DNA of 64,000 bases from NCBI GenBank assembly GCA_034530875.2, contig JAVRCJ020000007.1:32001-96000 (forward strand). Direction: 5' to 3'. Both the position numbers and the translations under genes were made by a program. Positions 41,991-52,676 of this stretch are shown here, piece by piece. The DNA comes from Nostoc sp. DedSLP01. GTDB lineage: Bacteria; Cyanobacteriota; Cyanobacteriia; Cyanobacteriales; Nostocaceae. The number at the start of each line of letters is the position of its first letter. Position 1 is the stretch's first letter. Under the pieces are notes generated by a model. The model searched no databases. It had not been told where the DNA came from and saw only the letters and a list, made by a program, of their open reading frames with translations.

Positions 41991-42152
41991 AAAACAACAA
42001 CACCCAAGCTCTACTCACTTAGTCACTTCCTCACATCCATCAACAGTTTAGGGTTGTACCGATTGAAATATATTGAGCTATCGGTCACATTACCCTCTAT
42101 CCACCATTAGGAGGAAATATCAGCGTTCGAGTTGGGTGTTGTTGTCAGTTGA
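41991..42152 (-). ncRNA. Candidate rod-shaped structured RNA (about 155-160 nt)
   Basis: Perfect 14-bp closing stem (41994-42007 / 42132-42145), three further nested helices, a terminal U-run and TAATCT upstream on the minus strand. Confidence 0.55.
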
Positions 42153-42341
42153 CGAGACAGATTAAGATGAAACAGCGTTTTTACCTCTTAACTAAATTGA
42201 ACATTGGCTGTTAAATCTGCCAGGGAAGCTTTAGTGCTTCAATTAATAAGTTATCACTCTCTAAAAAGAGGAGATTTAATTTGATACTAAACTTAACTTT
42301 TTAGATATGGCGCGATCGCCTACCTACCCGCACCTGATTTT

Positions 42342-42632
42342 TTAGCGATGGACTGCAACTCGCTTACCGGGGTCTTGTTTTCTTACCCATGCCAAGAATT
42401 TTTGCATTTGCGGTTCGTTAGTGAGTTTTTCTAAAGTATTAAGTTCTCTGGCAAGTAGTTTGTTGTCAAACAAGGCATGAATCTGACGATGGCAGGGAGA
42501 ACAGATGTTTACTGTTGGGCCTGGATCTTGTTTTTTGCGTTTGGTATTTTGCCGTGGAACTAAGTGATGGACAGTCAAAGATTCCATCTCTCTACGGCAG
42601 AGTTCGCATTGCTGTTGTTGATTGTTAGACAC
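42342..42632 (-). CDS. Small HNH endonuclease
   Basis: CELC...TVHHLVP...CSPCHRQIH. Confidence 0.88.
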   Translation of the reverse strand: MSNNQQQQCELCRREMESLTVHHLVPRQNTKRKKQDPGPTVNICSPCHRQIHALFDNKLLARELNTLEKLTNEPQMQKFLAWVRKQDPGKRVAVHR

Positions 42633-42650
42633 GTGATTTAACCTTTGTTG

Positions 42651-43012
42651 TTAATTCTTGCGTTCCAGGTTACTCAGCCGATGGCGATCGCACAGGCGAA
42701 TTGTTGTACCATCGATTTCGATTATTCCTTCTTGGCTAAGTTTATAAAAGGTGCGGGATAGCGTTTCTGGAATTGTGCCTAGTAATGCGGCAAGTTGTCT
42801 TTTAGGTAAATCTAGCTTAACAATATCAGTATTACCGTTGCGATGGCTCAAATTTAATAAGTACTTTGCCAAGCGTTCCGGGACTTCTTGAAACGAGAGG
42901 CTATCAACCAAATGTGTTAACTTTCGTAGGTGTTTGGCAAAAGTTCCTAAAATAGCGATCGCCAGCATTGGATGTTGCTGCAAAACCATCAAAAAGGCTG
43001 CTCTGTTTTCCA
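42651..43012 (-). pseudogene. 5'-truncated Crp/Fnr-family regulator
   Basis: Only the C-helix and HTH remain (ERLAKYLL...QLAALLGTIPETLSR); the cNMP-binding barrel is missing. Confidence 0.85.
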
Positions 43013-44111
43013 TCAAGTTCTAGCAGATCTCGATACTCAAGATAAGAGTTTACAAGATTGGGTCGATCTGGCTTTGAAAGTTGGACAGATGAACCTCAAA
43101 GCAATGGAACTGCTTGATGCGGGAAATACCCAAACCTTTGGACATCCGACTCCCACAGTTGTCAGCCTCGGCACAACAATTGGCAAAGCAATTCTCGTTT
43201 CTGGACACGATTTGCTGGCGTTAAAAGCCATCCTAGAACAAACCGCCAACACAGGCATTGAAGTCTATACTCACGGCGAACTGCTGCCTGCACATGGCTA
43301 CCCCAAGCTGAAACAAACTTACCCGCACCTCTACGGGCACTACGGCACAGCATGGCAAAATCAAACCCATGAGTTTGAACATTTCCCTGGTGCGATTGTC
43401 ATGACGACGAACTGCCTCATGCCTCCCCATGAATCTTACAAAGACAAAGTATTTACCTTGGGGCCTGTGGGTTATCCTGGTTTGCAACATGTCAGCATTC
43501 AAGATATTTCACTAATTATCCAAAAAGCCTTGGAACTGCCAGGATTTGAGAACAAAAGCGATCGCGGCAGCGTAACTACAGGCTTTGCGCGTAATGCTGT
43601 CTTGGGTGTAGCTGATACTGTAGTTAATGCTGTCAAGGAAGGTAAAATCCGCCACTTTTTCTTAGTTAGTGGCTGTGATGGTGCTAAACCGGGACGCAAT
43701 TACTACAGCGAGTTAGTAGAAAATATGCCGGATGATTGTGTGGTTTTAACTTTAGGTTGTGGCAAGTTCCGGTTTTTCGATCGCCATCTCGGTGACATCA
43801 ATGGTATTCCTCGCCTCTTGGATGTAGGGCAATGCAATGATGCTTACTCAGCGATTCAAATTGCTGTAGCATTAGCCAAAGCCTTCAACGTTAATGTTAA
43901 TCAATTGCCGCTATCATTAGTGCTATCTTGGTACGAACAAAAAGCGATCGCCGTTCTTTTGACACTGCTTTACTTGGGTATCGAAAATATTCGCATTGGC
44001 CCCACACTCCCGGCTTTCTTCACACCTAATGTTGTGAAGCTACTCGAAAAAACCTTTAATCTCAAACTCATTACTACCCCAGAACAAGATTTAGCAGCAT
44101 GTCTTGGCTAA
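43008..44111 (+). pseudogene. hcp: 5'-truncated hydroxylamine reductase / hybrid cluster protein
   Basis: SGHDL, YTHGE, MTTNC, GCDG, GQCND and WYEQKA are present. The N-terminal Cys-rich [4Fe-4S] region is absent and there is no credible start. Confidence 0.88.
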
Positions 44112-44344
44112 TTCGTATATGGTGCGGTGTAACCCCGCACCAACATCTGCCACTATGTTAAATGGCACGTCAATATGGTGGGACAATTAGACCCCAATTT
44201 TATCTAGAAGAAACCAACAAACAGATTGTTCCTGTTGTTTTTTTTGTTGATATTTTCCGTAAAACTACCTTTACTAGTTGATTACATATTTTGAGGGTAC
44301 AAAAACATAAAATCTATATTTTCCAGGAGTAGTATTCGTCAAAT

Positions 44345-46342
44345 ATGACATACAAATTCAGTTCTATTATTTTGGGTAGCTTGGGATTTACGATCTTAAT
44401 TAATAATGTAGAAGCTAATGCAGTAACACAAATTGCTCAAACTATCAACAAAACAACACAAACTGCATTGATTTGCCAGCTAGAAGAAGCTAAAAGCAAT
44501 TTTGATGATTACGGTAAAATTACGCAAATAGTAGAAGTTGCTAAACAATATATTAAAGCTGGACAAAAAAATGAGGCTGAAAAAATATTATCCTCTGCTT
44601 TTGATATTGCCAAGTTAAAAAATGAAGCATATTTCTTCTATCCTGTAGCTAATGCTTATATCGAAATGGGAAATAACGAACAAGCATTAGTTATTTTGTC
44701 TGCAACATTAGAAGTAATTAAAAAATCGCCTTTAGATGCGATTAATAAAATTAATGAACTCCGGGCATTATTGAGTTTGTATAGTAAATTTAATCCTCAA
44801 GCTAAAGCAATCATATTAGACGAAATTTCTAAAACGATCGATACTATTGAATATCCTTACTCGAAAATTGAACCATTAACTAATCTAGCATTGGGCTACT
44901 ACGAACAAGGAGAAAAAAACAAAGCTAGCGAAATTCTAGCCCAAGCAGTAAATCTTACTAACAATATAGAAAATCCTGCTTTAAAAGGAGATGCTTTAGT
45001 TAATATAGCCCAACAATATACACAGCTGAGAATCTTAGATAAAACAATTACACTTCTAACATCTTCTCTACGAACGCTAAAAGATATTAAAACTCAAGAA
45101 AATAAGGCATCTTTCCCTAATTCCTTTACAGTTTCTCAAAAAATTACCCAGGAATATAGTAAATTAGAAAAGTATAATGAGGCTTTACAAGTTGCGATTA
45201 ATATTAAGGAATCTGAATATAAAACTAGGGCTTTAGTTGATATTGTTGATAGTTATACCAAAGCAGGAAATCAAAAAGCAGCATCTAAGATTTTATCCCT
45301 AGCATTTTCTACAGCGCTCAAGATAAAAGAGCCAAGTGAAAGAATTCCATTGTTACAGGAAGTTGCTATTAGATATGCCATTCTTAGAGAATATCAATTA
45401 GCCTTGAAAGCAACTCAAGATATAGATGGGACATTCAATATTGATGCTTTAGTTGAAGTGGTTAAAAAATCTGCCGCAGATCCTAATAAAAATATACCTT
45501 CTGAAGTCTTATCTCAAACTATCAAAGCTATCGAAACTATTGAGACAGCAGAAGGAAAAGCCCAAGCTCTAGCTTTAGTTCTTGATAGTTATCCTATTAG
45601 TGGCGAACCAGAGAAAATTAATGCTGTTTTATCACAAGCATTTGCTGTAGCTCAAACATTAGAAAATGTTCGTAACCGTTCTACAGTTTTGATAGAAATT
45701 GCCGATAAATATGGAGAAGCTGGACAAAAACAGAAAGCAGTAGAAATTTTATCCGAAGCTGCGAAAATTACTGCAACTTTGCCAGTTGGAGAATCAAAGT
45801 ACGATCGCTTAGGCAATGATGCAGGTTATGGCGATTATACAGAGATACTTCAAACTTATTCTAAACCTTATTTGCTAGAAAAAATCGCTTTACTTTATTT
45901 CAAAATTGCAGAATTTAAAAAAGCGATTCAAGTAGCTCAATCTATTGATGAGATGGAAACTCAAGCTTATGTGCTAACAGACATAGGTGCGAAATATTTG
46001 GAGTTAAAACAACGGGATAAAGGATTACAAACGTTTACCCAGGCTAGTACAATAGCTAAAAAAATCAGTTTTGCTGCTTTTAGAGATAAAGCTTTGCTGA
46101 GAATAGCAATCAAATATATTGATGCTACACTTTATGAAGAAGCTTTGAAAGTTAGTAATGGCATAGAATTTGAACCTTATCGGTTAATAGTATTAGAACA
46201 AATAACTAATATATATATGCAATTAGGAAACAAAGAAAAAGCCATTACAACTTTGTCTCAAGGACTAGCAAAATTACCCAAAACAACAAATAATTTGTAT
46301 AATAAACTGACAAAAAGGCTTGCTTGTTATCAAATTAACTAA
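44345..46342 (+). CDS. Exported TPR/alpha-solenoid repeat protein
   Basis: Signal-peptide-like N-terminus; recurring IAxxYxxAGQKxKAxEIL units. Confidence 0.8.
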   Translation: MTYKFSSIILGSLGFTILINNVEANAVTQIAQTINKTTQTALICQLEEAKSNFDDYGKITQIVEVAKQYIKAGQKNEAEKILSSAFDIAKLKNEAYFFYPVANAYIEMGNNEQALVILSATLEVIKKSPLDAINKINELRALLSLYSKFNPQAKAIILDEISKTIDTIEYPYSKIEPLTNLALGYYEQGEKNKASEILAQAVNLTNNIENPALKGDALVNIAQQYTQLRILDKTITLLTSSLRTLKDIKTQENKASFPNSFTVSQKITQEYSKLEKYNEALQVAINIKESEYKTRALVDIVDSYTKAGNQKAASKILSLAFSTALKIKEPSERIPLLQEVAIRYAILREYQLALKATQDIDGTFNIDALVEVVKKSAADPNKNIPSEVLSQTIKAIETIETAEGKAQALALVLDSYPISGEPEKINAVLSQAFAVAQTLENVRNRSTVLIEIADKYGEAGQKQKAVEILSEAAKITATLPVGESKYDRLGNDAGYGDYTEILQTYSKPYLLEKIALLYFKIAEFKKAIQVAQSIDEMETQAYVLTDIGAKYLELKQRDKGLQTFTQASTIAKKISFAAFRDKALLRIAIKYIDATLYEEALKVSNGIEFEPYRLIVLEQITNIYMQLGNKEKAITTLSQGLAKLPKTTNNLYNKLTKRLACYQIN

Positions 46343-46368
46343 GCTAAATTGCAGGATCAAACCAGATG

Positions 46369-46395
46369 TAGAGACGTTGCAATTCAACGTCTCTA
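46369..46395. repeat. Palindromic dispersed repeat (second copy at 63089-63113)
   Basis: tagagacgttg-caatt-caacgtctcta; both copies sit just after a stop codon. Confidence 0.75.
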
Positions 46396-46489
46396 TTGAA
46401 ATTTTTAATAGAGTGGTACTCCTCAGTTGTAAGCATCAACAAAAATTTTAGAGTAATTTTTTTGGTTTAGCTTCAGAAAAAGGATTGAA

Positions 46490-46580
46490 TAGACCTCTTG
46501 CATAAATAATTTTTTATATCACGCAGAGGCGCAGAGGCGCAGAGAAGAGAACGCAAAGAAGGACTTTTGCAAGAGGTTTA
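46490..46580. repeat. Miniature inverted-repeat element
   Basis: acctcttgca ... tgcaagaggt ends around cgcagagg repeats. Confidence 0.6.
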
Positions 46581-46872
46581 ATAAATATAAACTCTTATTT
46601 TTATATTATTAACAACCTGAGAAATTTTGCCGATCGCCTCCAAGAATTATGAGAGAAATGAGGCTGTATTTTACATATCCATACTAAATAGCTTTTCCGT
46701 ACTTAACAAAGGTTAAAAATAATTAACTTTGGCTAATTTATCTCAAAAAATGAAAGCAACTAAGGCAATAATTAGGGTTTGAGAAATTGGATTGTTCGAC
46801 TAAGTGAGTTAGAAATCGCTAATATTTGGGAAACATGTAAATGAATTAGTTTCGTTATTAAATTTAGTAAAA

Positions 46873-49800
46873 ATGACTACAGCAGTTGATTCACTTACCA
46901 AGATTCTGGGTTATAGAATTAGCGAGCGAGTGTATGCAGGCTCTAAAACCCTAGTTTACCGTGCAATCCGCGAGGTCGATCGACTGCCAGTAGTCATTAA
47001 GATACTGAAACAAGAGTATCCGACATTCAATGAATTGCTTCAATTCCGCAATCAGTACACTATTGCCAAAAATCTTGATTTTGGGGGTATTGTTCGTCTT
47101 TACGGTCTAGAGAATTACCACAACAGCTATGCATTAGTGATGGAGGATTTTGGTGGGATCTCTTTGCGAGAGTGGATATATAAAGAAATCACCAACAATA
47201 GCGATCGCTCCTTGGAAAAATCCCTTGGGAAGCATCGCCTGCAAGCATTTTTAGAAATTGCGATCGCTTTAGCCGCAATTCTTGATGAACTTTACCGCCA
47301 CCGCATCGTTCACAAAGACATTAATCCTGCCAACATTTTAATTAACCCAGATACCAAGCAAGTAAAGTTAATTGATTTCAGTCTTGCTTCTTCACTGTAT
47401 AGAGAAACCCAGGAAATTTATAGTCCTAATGTTTTGGAAGGTACCCTTGCATATATATCGCCAGAACAAACCGGACGCATGAACCGAGGAATTGATTACC
47501 GCAGCGATTTCTACTCTTTAGGTGTTACTTTCTTTGAACTACTCACCGGAGAATTGCCTTTCCAATCTAACGATCCGATGGAACTAGTTCACTGTCATAT
47601 TGCCAAACAACCACCTTTATTAGAAGGCAGAAGGCAGGAGGCAGGAGGCAGGAGGCACAGAGAAGTCCGAGGGGAGGCTTCCTCCGATGCCTACGGCAAC
47701 GCCAGGGGCGAACGGAACTTCAAAGAGGCAGAAGGCAGGAGGGAAGAAATTCCGCAGGTGATTGCAAATATAGTGATGAAGTTGATGGCGAAAAATGCCG
47801 AAGACCGCTATCAGAGTGCTTTGGGGCTAAAACACGATTTAGAGATGTGTTTGAACCAACTGCGAACAACTGGGGAAATTGAGAACTTTGAAATTGGACA
47901 ACGAGATGTATGCGATCGCTTCATCATCTCAGAAAAACTCTACGGTCGTTATAACGAAGTAGCAAGTTTAATCGCCGCTTTTGAGCGAGTTTCTCAAGGA
48001 CGTAGCGAACTGATGCTAGTAGCAGGTTTTTCGGGTATCGGCAAAACTGCTGTAGTTAACGAAGTCCACAAACCAATTGTCCGGCAACGAGGCTACTTTA
48101 TTAAAGGCAAATTCGACCAATTTCAGCGCAACATTCCTCTGTTTGCTTTTTTACAAGCATTTCGCGATTTAATCGACCAATTGCTCAGTGAAACTGATAC
48201 GCAATTAGAGCAATGGCGGCACAAAATTCTTTCGGCTTTGGGAGAAAACGCTCAAGTCATTATTGAAACAATCCCAGAACTGGAACGGATTATTGGCAAA
48301 CAACCTGCTGTTGTTGAACTTTCTGGTAGTGCTGCTCAAAACCGCTTCAATATCTTATTTCAAAAATTTATCCAGGTGTTTACGACCAAAGATCGTCCTC
48401 TGACGATCTTTATCGATGACTTGCAATGGGCCGATTCTGCTTCTCTCAAATTTATGCAACTGTTAACGAGCGAAATAGATAGCCGATATCTGTTGCTGAT
48501 TGGGGCTTACCGAGATAATGAAGTCTGTGCCACTCATCCACTAATGCTGACGCTGCAAGAAATTGAGAAGTCACAGACTACAGTCAATACCATTACTCTT
48601 GCTCCGTTAGATCCTGCGTCGGTGAATCAGTTGGTTGCTGATACATTCAGCTGTTCCCTAGAGTTAGCTTTGCCGTTAACAGAACTAATATTTAGCAAAA
48701 CTCAAGGAAATCCATTTTTCACGACTCAATTTCTTAAAGCATTATATGAAGATGGACTGATTGCATTCAATTTTCACGGCGGTTATTGGGAATGCGACAT
48801 TGCACAGGTGCGATCGCTGGCGTTGAATGATAATGTCGTAGAATTCATGGCAGTGCAACTCCAGAAATTACCCCAAGCTACTCAAGAGGTGTTGCAGTTA
48901 GCAGCTTGCATTGGTAATTCTTTTGACTTAGAAACATTAGCGATCGCCTATGAAAAATCCCCAACCCAAACCGCTAACGATTTGTGGGTAGCTCTGAAAG
49001 ACGGGTTGATTCTACCGCAGAATGATGTTTATAAGTTTTATCAGGATTCCTCATTAGTCATTAGTCATGGGTCATTAGGAAATAGCGAACGAAAGACTAA
49101 AGATAAAGAACAAATCACAGTTTCTTATAAATTTTTGCACGATCGCGTCCAGCAAGCAGCTTATTCATTGATTCCTCAAGACCAAAAGCAAGCAACTCAC
49201 CTGAAAATTGGGCGACGTTTGTTAGAAAATACACCCGCAGCAGACCAGCAAGAGAAAATTTTCAATCTTATTAACCATCTCAATCTGGGTGCGGAATTAA
49301 TTGATAATCCTAGCGAACGAGAGCAATTAGCCAATCTCAATCTCATAGCCGGTCGTCAGGCAAAATCTGCAACAGCATACGAAGCTGCATTGAGATATTT
49401 GAATACAGGCATAATGTTTTTAGAACCAGATAGCTGGCAGACTCACTACGATTTAACGCTGAATTTGTATTTAACAGCAGCAGAAACAGAATACCTGAAT
49501 ACGAATTACGAGCAAGCAAATCTGCAAATAGAGACGCTTCTGGAAAATGTTCGGGATACATTACAAAAAGCTAGAGTTTACGAAATTAAAATTCAATCTT
49601 TAATTTCTCAGAATCAAATGCAGTCAGCGGTAGACATAGCATTAGATGTCTTGCAGATGTTAGGTGTCAGTTTAGAGCAAGAAGCGATCGCCACCTTAGA
49701 GAATGAAGCATTAATCGCCCTGCCAGAAATGACCGACCCGGATAAACTAGCAGCACAGCGAATTTTGATGACCGTTGGGCCGGCGGTTTACCTTGCTCAT

Positions 49801-52446
49801 CCCCAAATGTATCCATCAATTGTCTTTACAATGGTCAATCTGTGCATTAGATATGGCAATTCTAGCCTTGCCGCTTATGCCTATGTCATCTATGGATTGT
49901 TACTCTGTGGTGGGGGGGATATTGAGTCTGGTTATAAGTTTGGTCAGATAGCGATGGAGCTGTTAGATCGTTTTGATAGCAGGAAGCTGAAATCTAAAGT
50001 TTACATGATGTTTAATGGCAACATTCGCTACTGGAAAGAACACTTACAAACCTGCTTGCAACCTTTGCAGGAAGGATTTCATGTTGGATTGGAAACTGGA
50101 GATTTAGAATTTGCTTGCTACAACGCTACAACATATTGCGATTTTTGTTTTCATACTGAGCCAGAGTTAGAAACAGTGCTTGACAAGCAAGCTCAGTATC
50201 TTGAAATTATTCAAAATTTAAAACAAGAGTATCAGCAAATTTATAGCAAAGTCAGCAGACAATTTTTATTAAATTTAAGTGGTAGTGCAATTGATAAGTT
50301 GCGTTTGGTTGGTGAGAGTTGCAATGAAATAGAAATGTTGCCAATCTGGATTCAAAATAACCTGGGCTTCATCGTATTTCTTGTATATTTATACAAACTG
50401 ATTCTTGCCTATTTGTTTGCAGCTTATGGTGATGCGGTGGAAATTCTGCGAGCAGCAAAACCATATCAAAACTTTGCTATGTCCACAATTCATATCGTAA
50501 ATTATAACCTGTATTCGTCTCTATCGCTGTTGGCGCATTACCCAGAGGTATCAGCCAGCGAGCAGCAGCAATATCTGCAACAGGTAGATGAAAACCAAGC
50601 ACTGATGCAGGAATGGGCAACTCATGCCCCAATGAACTATCAACATCTATGGTGTTTGGTCGAAGCAGAAAGAAACCGGGTATTGGGTAACAAAGCCACC
50701 GCCATCCAAATGTATGACCAAGCTATAGAAAGCGCCAAACAGCAGGGCTACATTCAGCAAGAAGCGATCGCTAACGAACTCGCCGCCAAATTTTATCTCG
50801 ACTGGGGCAAACAGCAAATCGCGCAAAACTACACGATTGAGGCATATTACTGCTATACGCGTTGGGGAGCTAAAGCCAAAGTTACCGATTTAGAAACTCG
50901 TTATCCCCAACTTTTAGTTCCTATCCTCGAACAAGTGCATTTGAATTTCTCAACTCACGAAACAACCCTTGGATCTAGTCGGGGAAATTCTCATCATTCT
51001 TCTTCAAGTAATAGCAATACTTTTGTTGCTTTAGATTTAGCGGTGATTTTCAAAGCTTCGCAAACCCTTTCGAGTGAAATTGAATTAGAAAAACTCGTCT
51101 CTACGTTGCTGCACGTTGCCTTAGAAAATGCTGGCGCTGATAAGTGCGTGTTGCTGCTGTCTGAAAACGGCCGTTTGCTAGTGCAAGCGATCGCTAATAT
51201 CGAGAATTCCGCAACCCTACTCAATCCCCAACCGATGGAGGAAAGTTTAGAAATACCCCTGAGTCCAATCAACACGGTGAAACGTAGTTTGCAACCATTG
51301 GTGATTGTTGATGCAATAGTGCATCCGAGATTTAGTAATGATGCATATATTCAGGAGCATCAGCCCAGGAGTATTTTGTGTAGTCCAATTTTGCATCAAG
51401 GCAAATTATTGGGGATTTTGTATCTAGAAAACAATCATTCTATTGGCGCGTTTACTGACGATCGCGTTGATATCCTGAATCTTCTATGTACTCAGGCAGC
51501 TATTTCTTTAGAAAATGCTCGTTTGTATCAACAATCTCAGCACTTGTATCAACAATCGCTACACTACAGTCAACAATTAGAGCGATCGCTGCAAGAAGTA
51601 CAGCAGATGCAGCTGAAATTAGTCCAGAATGAAAAAATGTCAGCTTTGGGAAATCTCGTAGCTGGCGTTGCACATGAAATCAACAATCCCGTCGGTTTTA
51701 TTTCTGGCAACATCGAACCAGCAAAAGATTATGTCCAAGATTTGTTGGGGTTAATCAATCTTTACCAAGAAAAGTTTCCCGATCCTGGTTCGGAAATCGA
51801 AGATGAAATTGAGGCGATCGACCTGGAGTACTTGCGCGAAGATTTACCCCAGTTGCTCGACTCGATGAATTTGGGCGCTAATCGCATTCGTAGTATCAGC
51901 AATAGTTTGCGAACTTTTTCCAGAACTGATAAAGATTACAAAGTGCCCTTCAACATTCACGACGGCATTGACAGCACAATTTTAATTCTCAGACATCGTT
52001 TGAAAGCCAACGAATTGCGCCCAGCAATTGAGGTAATTAAAAATTATGGCGCATTACCTCCCATCGAGTGCTTTGCCGGACAACTCAACCAAGTATTTAT
52101 GAATTTGCTAGCAAATGCCATTGATGCCCTAGAAGAATCTAATCTTGGCAAGAGTATAGAAGCGATCGCTGCAAAACCCAATTGCATTACCATTCAAACT
52201 AACGTCACCCAATCAGGCGATGGCGTTGTCATTCGCATTGCAGACAACGGAGTGGGAATGTCCCCACAAGTGAAGCAAAAAGTATTTGACCATTTGTTCA
52301 CTACCAAAGCTGTCGGTAAAGGCACTGGATTAGGATTAGCGATCGCCCGTCAAATCGTAGTGGAAGCTCATGACGGCACAATTGAAGTAGATACCACCTT
52401 GGAAGATGGAACAGAGTTTGTAGTCACGCTACCGATTAAGGCTTAA
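46873..52446 (+). CDS. Ser/Thr kinase-AAA ATPase-GAF-His kinase protein with repeat-derived inserts
   Basis: [36 protein letters not shown]. Confidence 0.94.
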   Translation: MTTAVDSLTKILGYRISERVYAGSKTLVYRAIREVDRLPVVIKILKQEYPTFNELLQFRNQYTIAKNLDFGGIVRLYGLENYHNSYALVMEDFGGISLREWIYKEITNNSDRSLEKSLGKHRLQAFLEIAIALAAILDELYRHRIVHKDINPANILINPDTKQVKLIDFSLASSLYRETQEIYSPNVLEGTLAYISPEQTGRMNRGIDYRSDFYSLGVTFFELLTGELPFQSNDPMELVHCHIAKQPPLLEGRRQEAGGRRHREVRGEASSDAYGNARGERNFKEAEGRREEIPQVIANIVMKLMAKNAEDRYQSALGLKHDLEMCLNQLRTTGEIENFEIGQRDVCDRFIISEKLYGRYNEVASLIAAFERVSQGRSELMLVAGFSGIGKTAVVNEVHKPIVRQRGYFIKGKFDQFQRNIPLFAFLQAFRDLIDQLLSETDTQLEQWRHKILSALGENAQVIIETIPELERIIGKQPAVVELSGSAAQNRFNILFQKFIQVFTTKDRPLTIFIDDLQWADSASLKFMQLLTSEIDSRYLLLIGAYRDNEVCATHPLMLTLQEIEKSQTTVNTITLAPLDPASVNQLVADTFSCSLELALPLTELIFSKTQGNPFFTTQFLKALYEDGLIAFNFHGGYWECDIAQVRSLALNDNVVEFMAVQLQKLPQATQEVLQLAACIGNSFDLETLAIAYEKSPTQTANDLWVALKDGLILPQNDVYKFYQDSSLVISHGSLGNSERKTKDKEQITVSYKFLHDRVQQAAYSLIPQDQKQATHLKIGRRLLENTPAADQQEKIFNLINHLNLGAELIDNPSEREQLANLNLIAGRQAKSATAYEAALRYLNTGIMFLEPDSWQTHYDLTLNLYLTAAETEYLNTNYEQANLQIETLLENVRDTLQKARVYEIKIQSLISQNQMQSAVDIALDVLQMLGVSLEQEAIATLENEALIALPEMTDPDKLAAQRILMTVGPAVYLAHPQMYPSIVFTMVNLCIRYGNSSLAAYAYVIYGLLLCGGGDIESGYKFGQIAMELLDRFDSRKLKSKVYMMFNGNIRYWKEHLQTCLQPLQEGFHVGLETGDLEFACYNATTYCDFCFHTEPELETVLDKQAQYLEIIQNLKQEYQQIYSKVSRQFLLNLSGSAIDKLRLVGESCNEIEMLPIWIQNNLGFIVFLVYLYKLILAYLFAAYGDAVEILRAAKPYQNFAMSTIHIVNYNLYSSLSLLAHYPEVSASEQQQYLQQVDENQALMQEWATHAPMNYQHLWCLVEAERNRVLGNKATAIQMYDQAIESAKQQGYIQQEAIANELAAKFYLDWGKQQIAQNYTIEAYYCYTRWGAKAKVTDLETRYPQLLVPILEQVHLNFSTHETTLGSSRGNSHHSSSSNSNTFVALDLAVIFKASQTLSSEIELEKLVSTLLHVALENAGADKCVLLLSENGRLLVQAIANIENSATLLNPQPMEESLEIPLSPINTVKRSLQPLVIVDAIVHPRFSNDAYIQEHQPRSILCSPILHQGKLLGILYLENNHSIGAFTDDRVDILNLLCTQAAISLENARLYQQSQHLYQQSLHYSQQLERSLQEVQQMQLKLVQNEKMSALGNLVAGVAHEINNPVGFISGNIEPAKDYVQDLLGLINLYQEKFPDPGSEIEDEIEAIDLEYLREDLPQLLDSMNLGANRIRSISNSLRTFSRTDKDYKVPFNIHDGIDSTILILRHRLKANELRPAIEVIKNYGALPPIECFAGQLNQVFMNLLANAIDALEESNLGKSIEAIAAKPNCITIQTNVTQSGDGVVIRIADNGVGMSPQVKQKVFDHLFTTKAVGKGTGLGLAIARQIVVEAHDGTIEVDTTLEDGTEFVVTLPIKA

Positions 52447-52489
52447 CGGGGAACACAGAAGGGTTTGGACAAGGATTTAAACCCGTTGG

Positions 52490-52631
52490 GGCGGGGTGTG
52501 GGGTGTGGGGAAAAACTCTTTCCCACAACCTCTATCGTCACAAGCCCCGTCAACTTCGGCGACGCTTGCGCCCTGAGGGATCGGAATCCTCTTAGGGCGC
52601 CGTCTTCACTACACCCCACACCCTACACCCC
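52490..52631. repeat. Inverted heptamer (ggggtgt / acaccct) repeat cluster between convergent genes
   Basis: ggggtgtggggtgtggg ... ctacaccccacaccctacacccc. Confidence 0.65.
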
Positions 52632-52676
52632 GTTCAAATCAATGACAGCTGTAAAGCCCCTACCGGGGATTGCGAT

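Noticed and set aside
41991..42152. Naming the rod RNA as 6S/SsaA, HEARO or retron msr-msd
   Set aside because: Sequence identity cannot be confirmed by eye. The HNH is too small for IscB and no reverse transcriptase is nearby.
42972..43016. ORF-track starts for hcp and the Crp gene
   Set aside because: Each start lies in the other gene's antisense sequence across the deletion junction.
47315..47340. HKDINPAN as a dead kinase
   Set aside because: The catalytic Asp and Asn remain, and I recall this K-to-N variant as common in the family.
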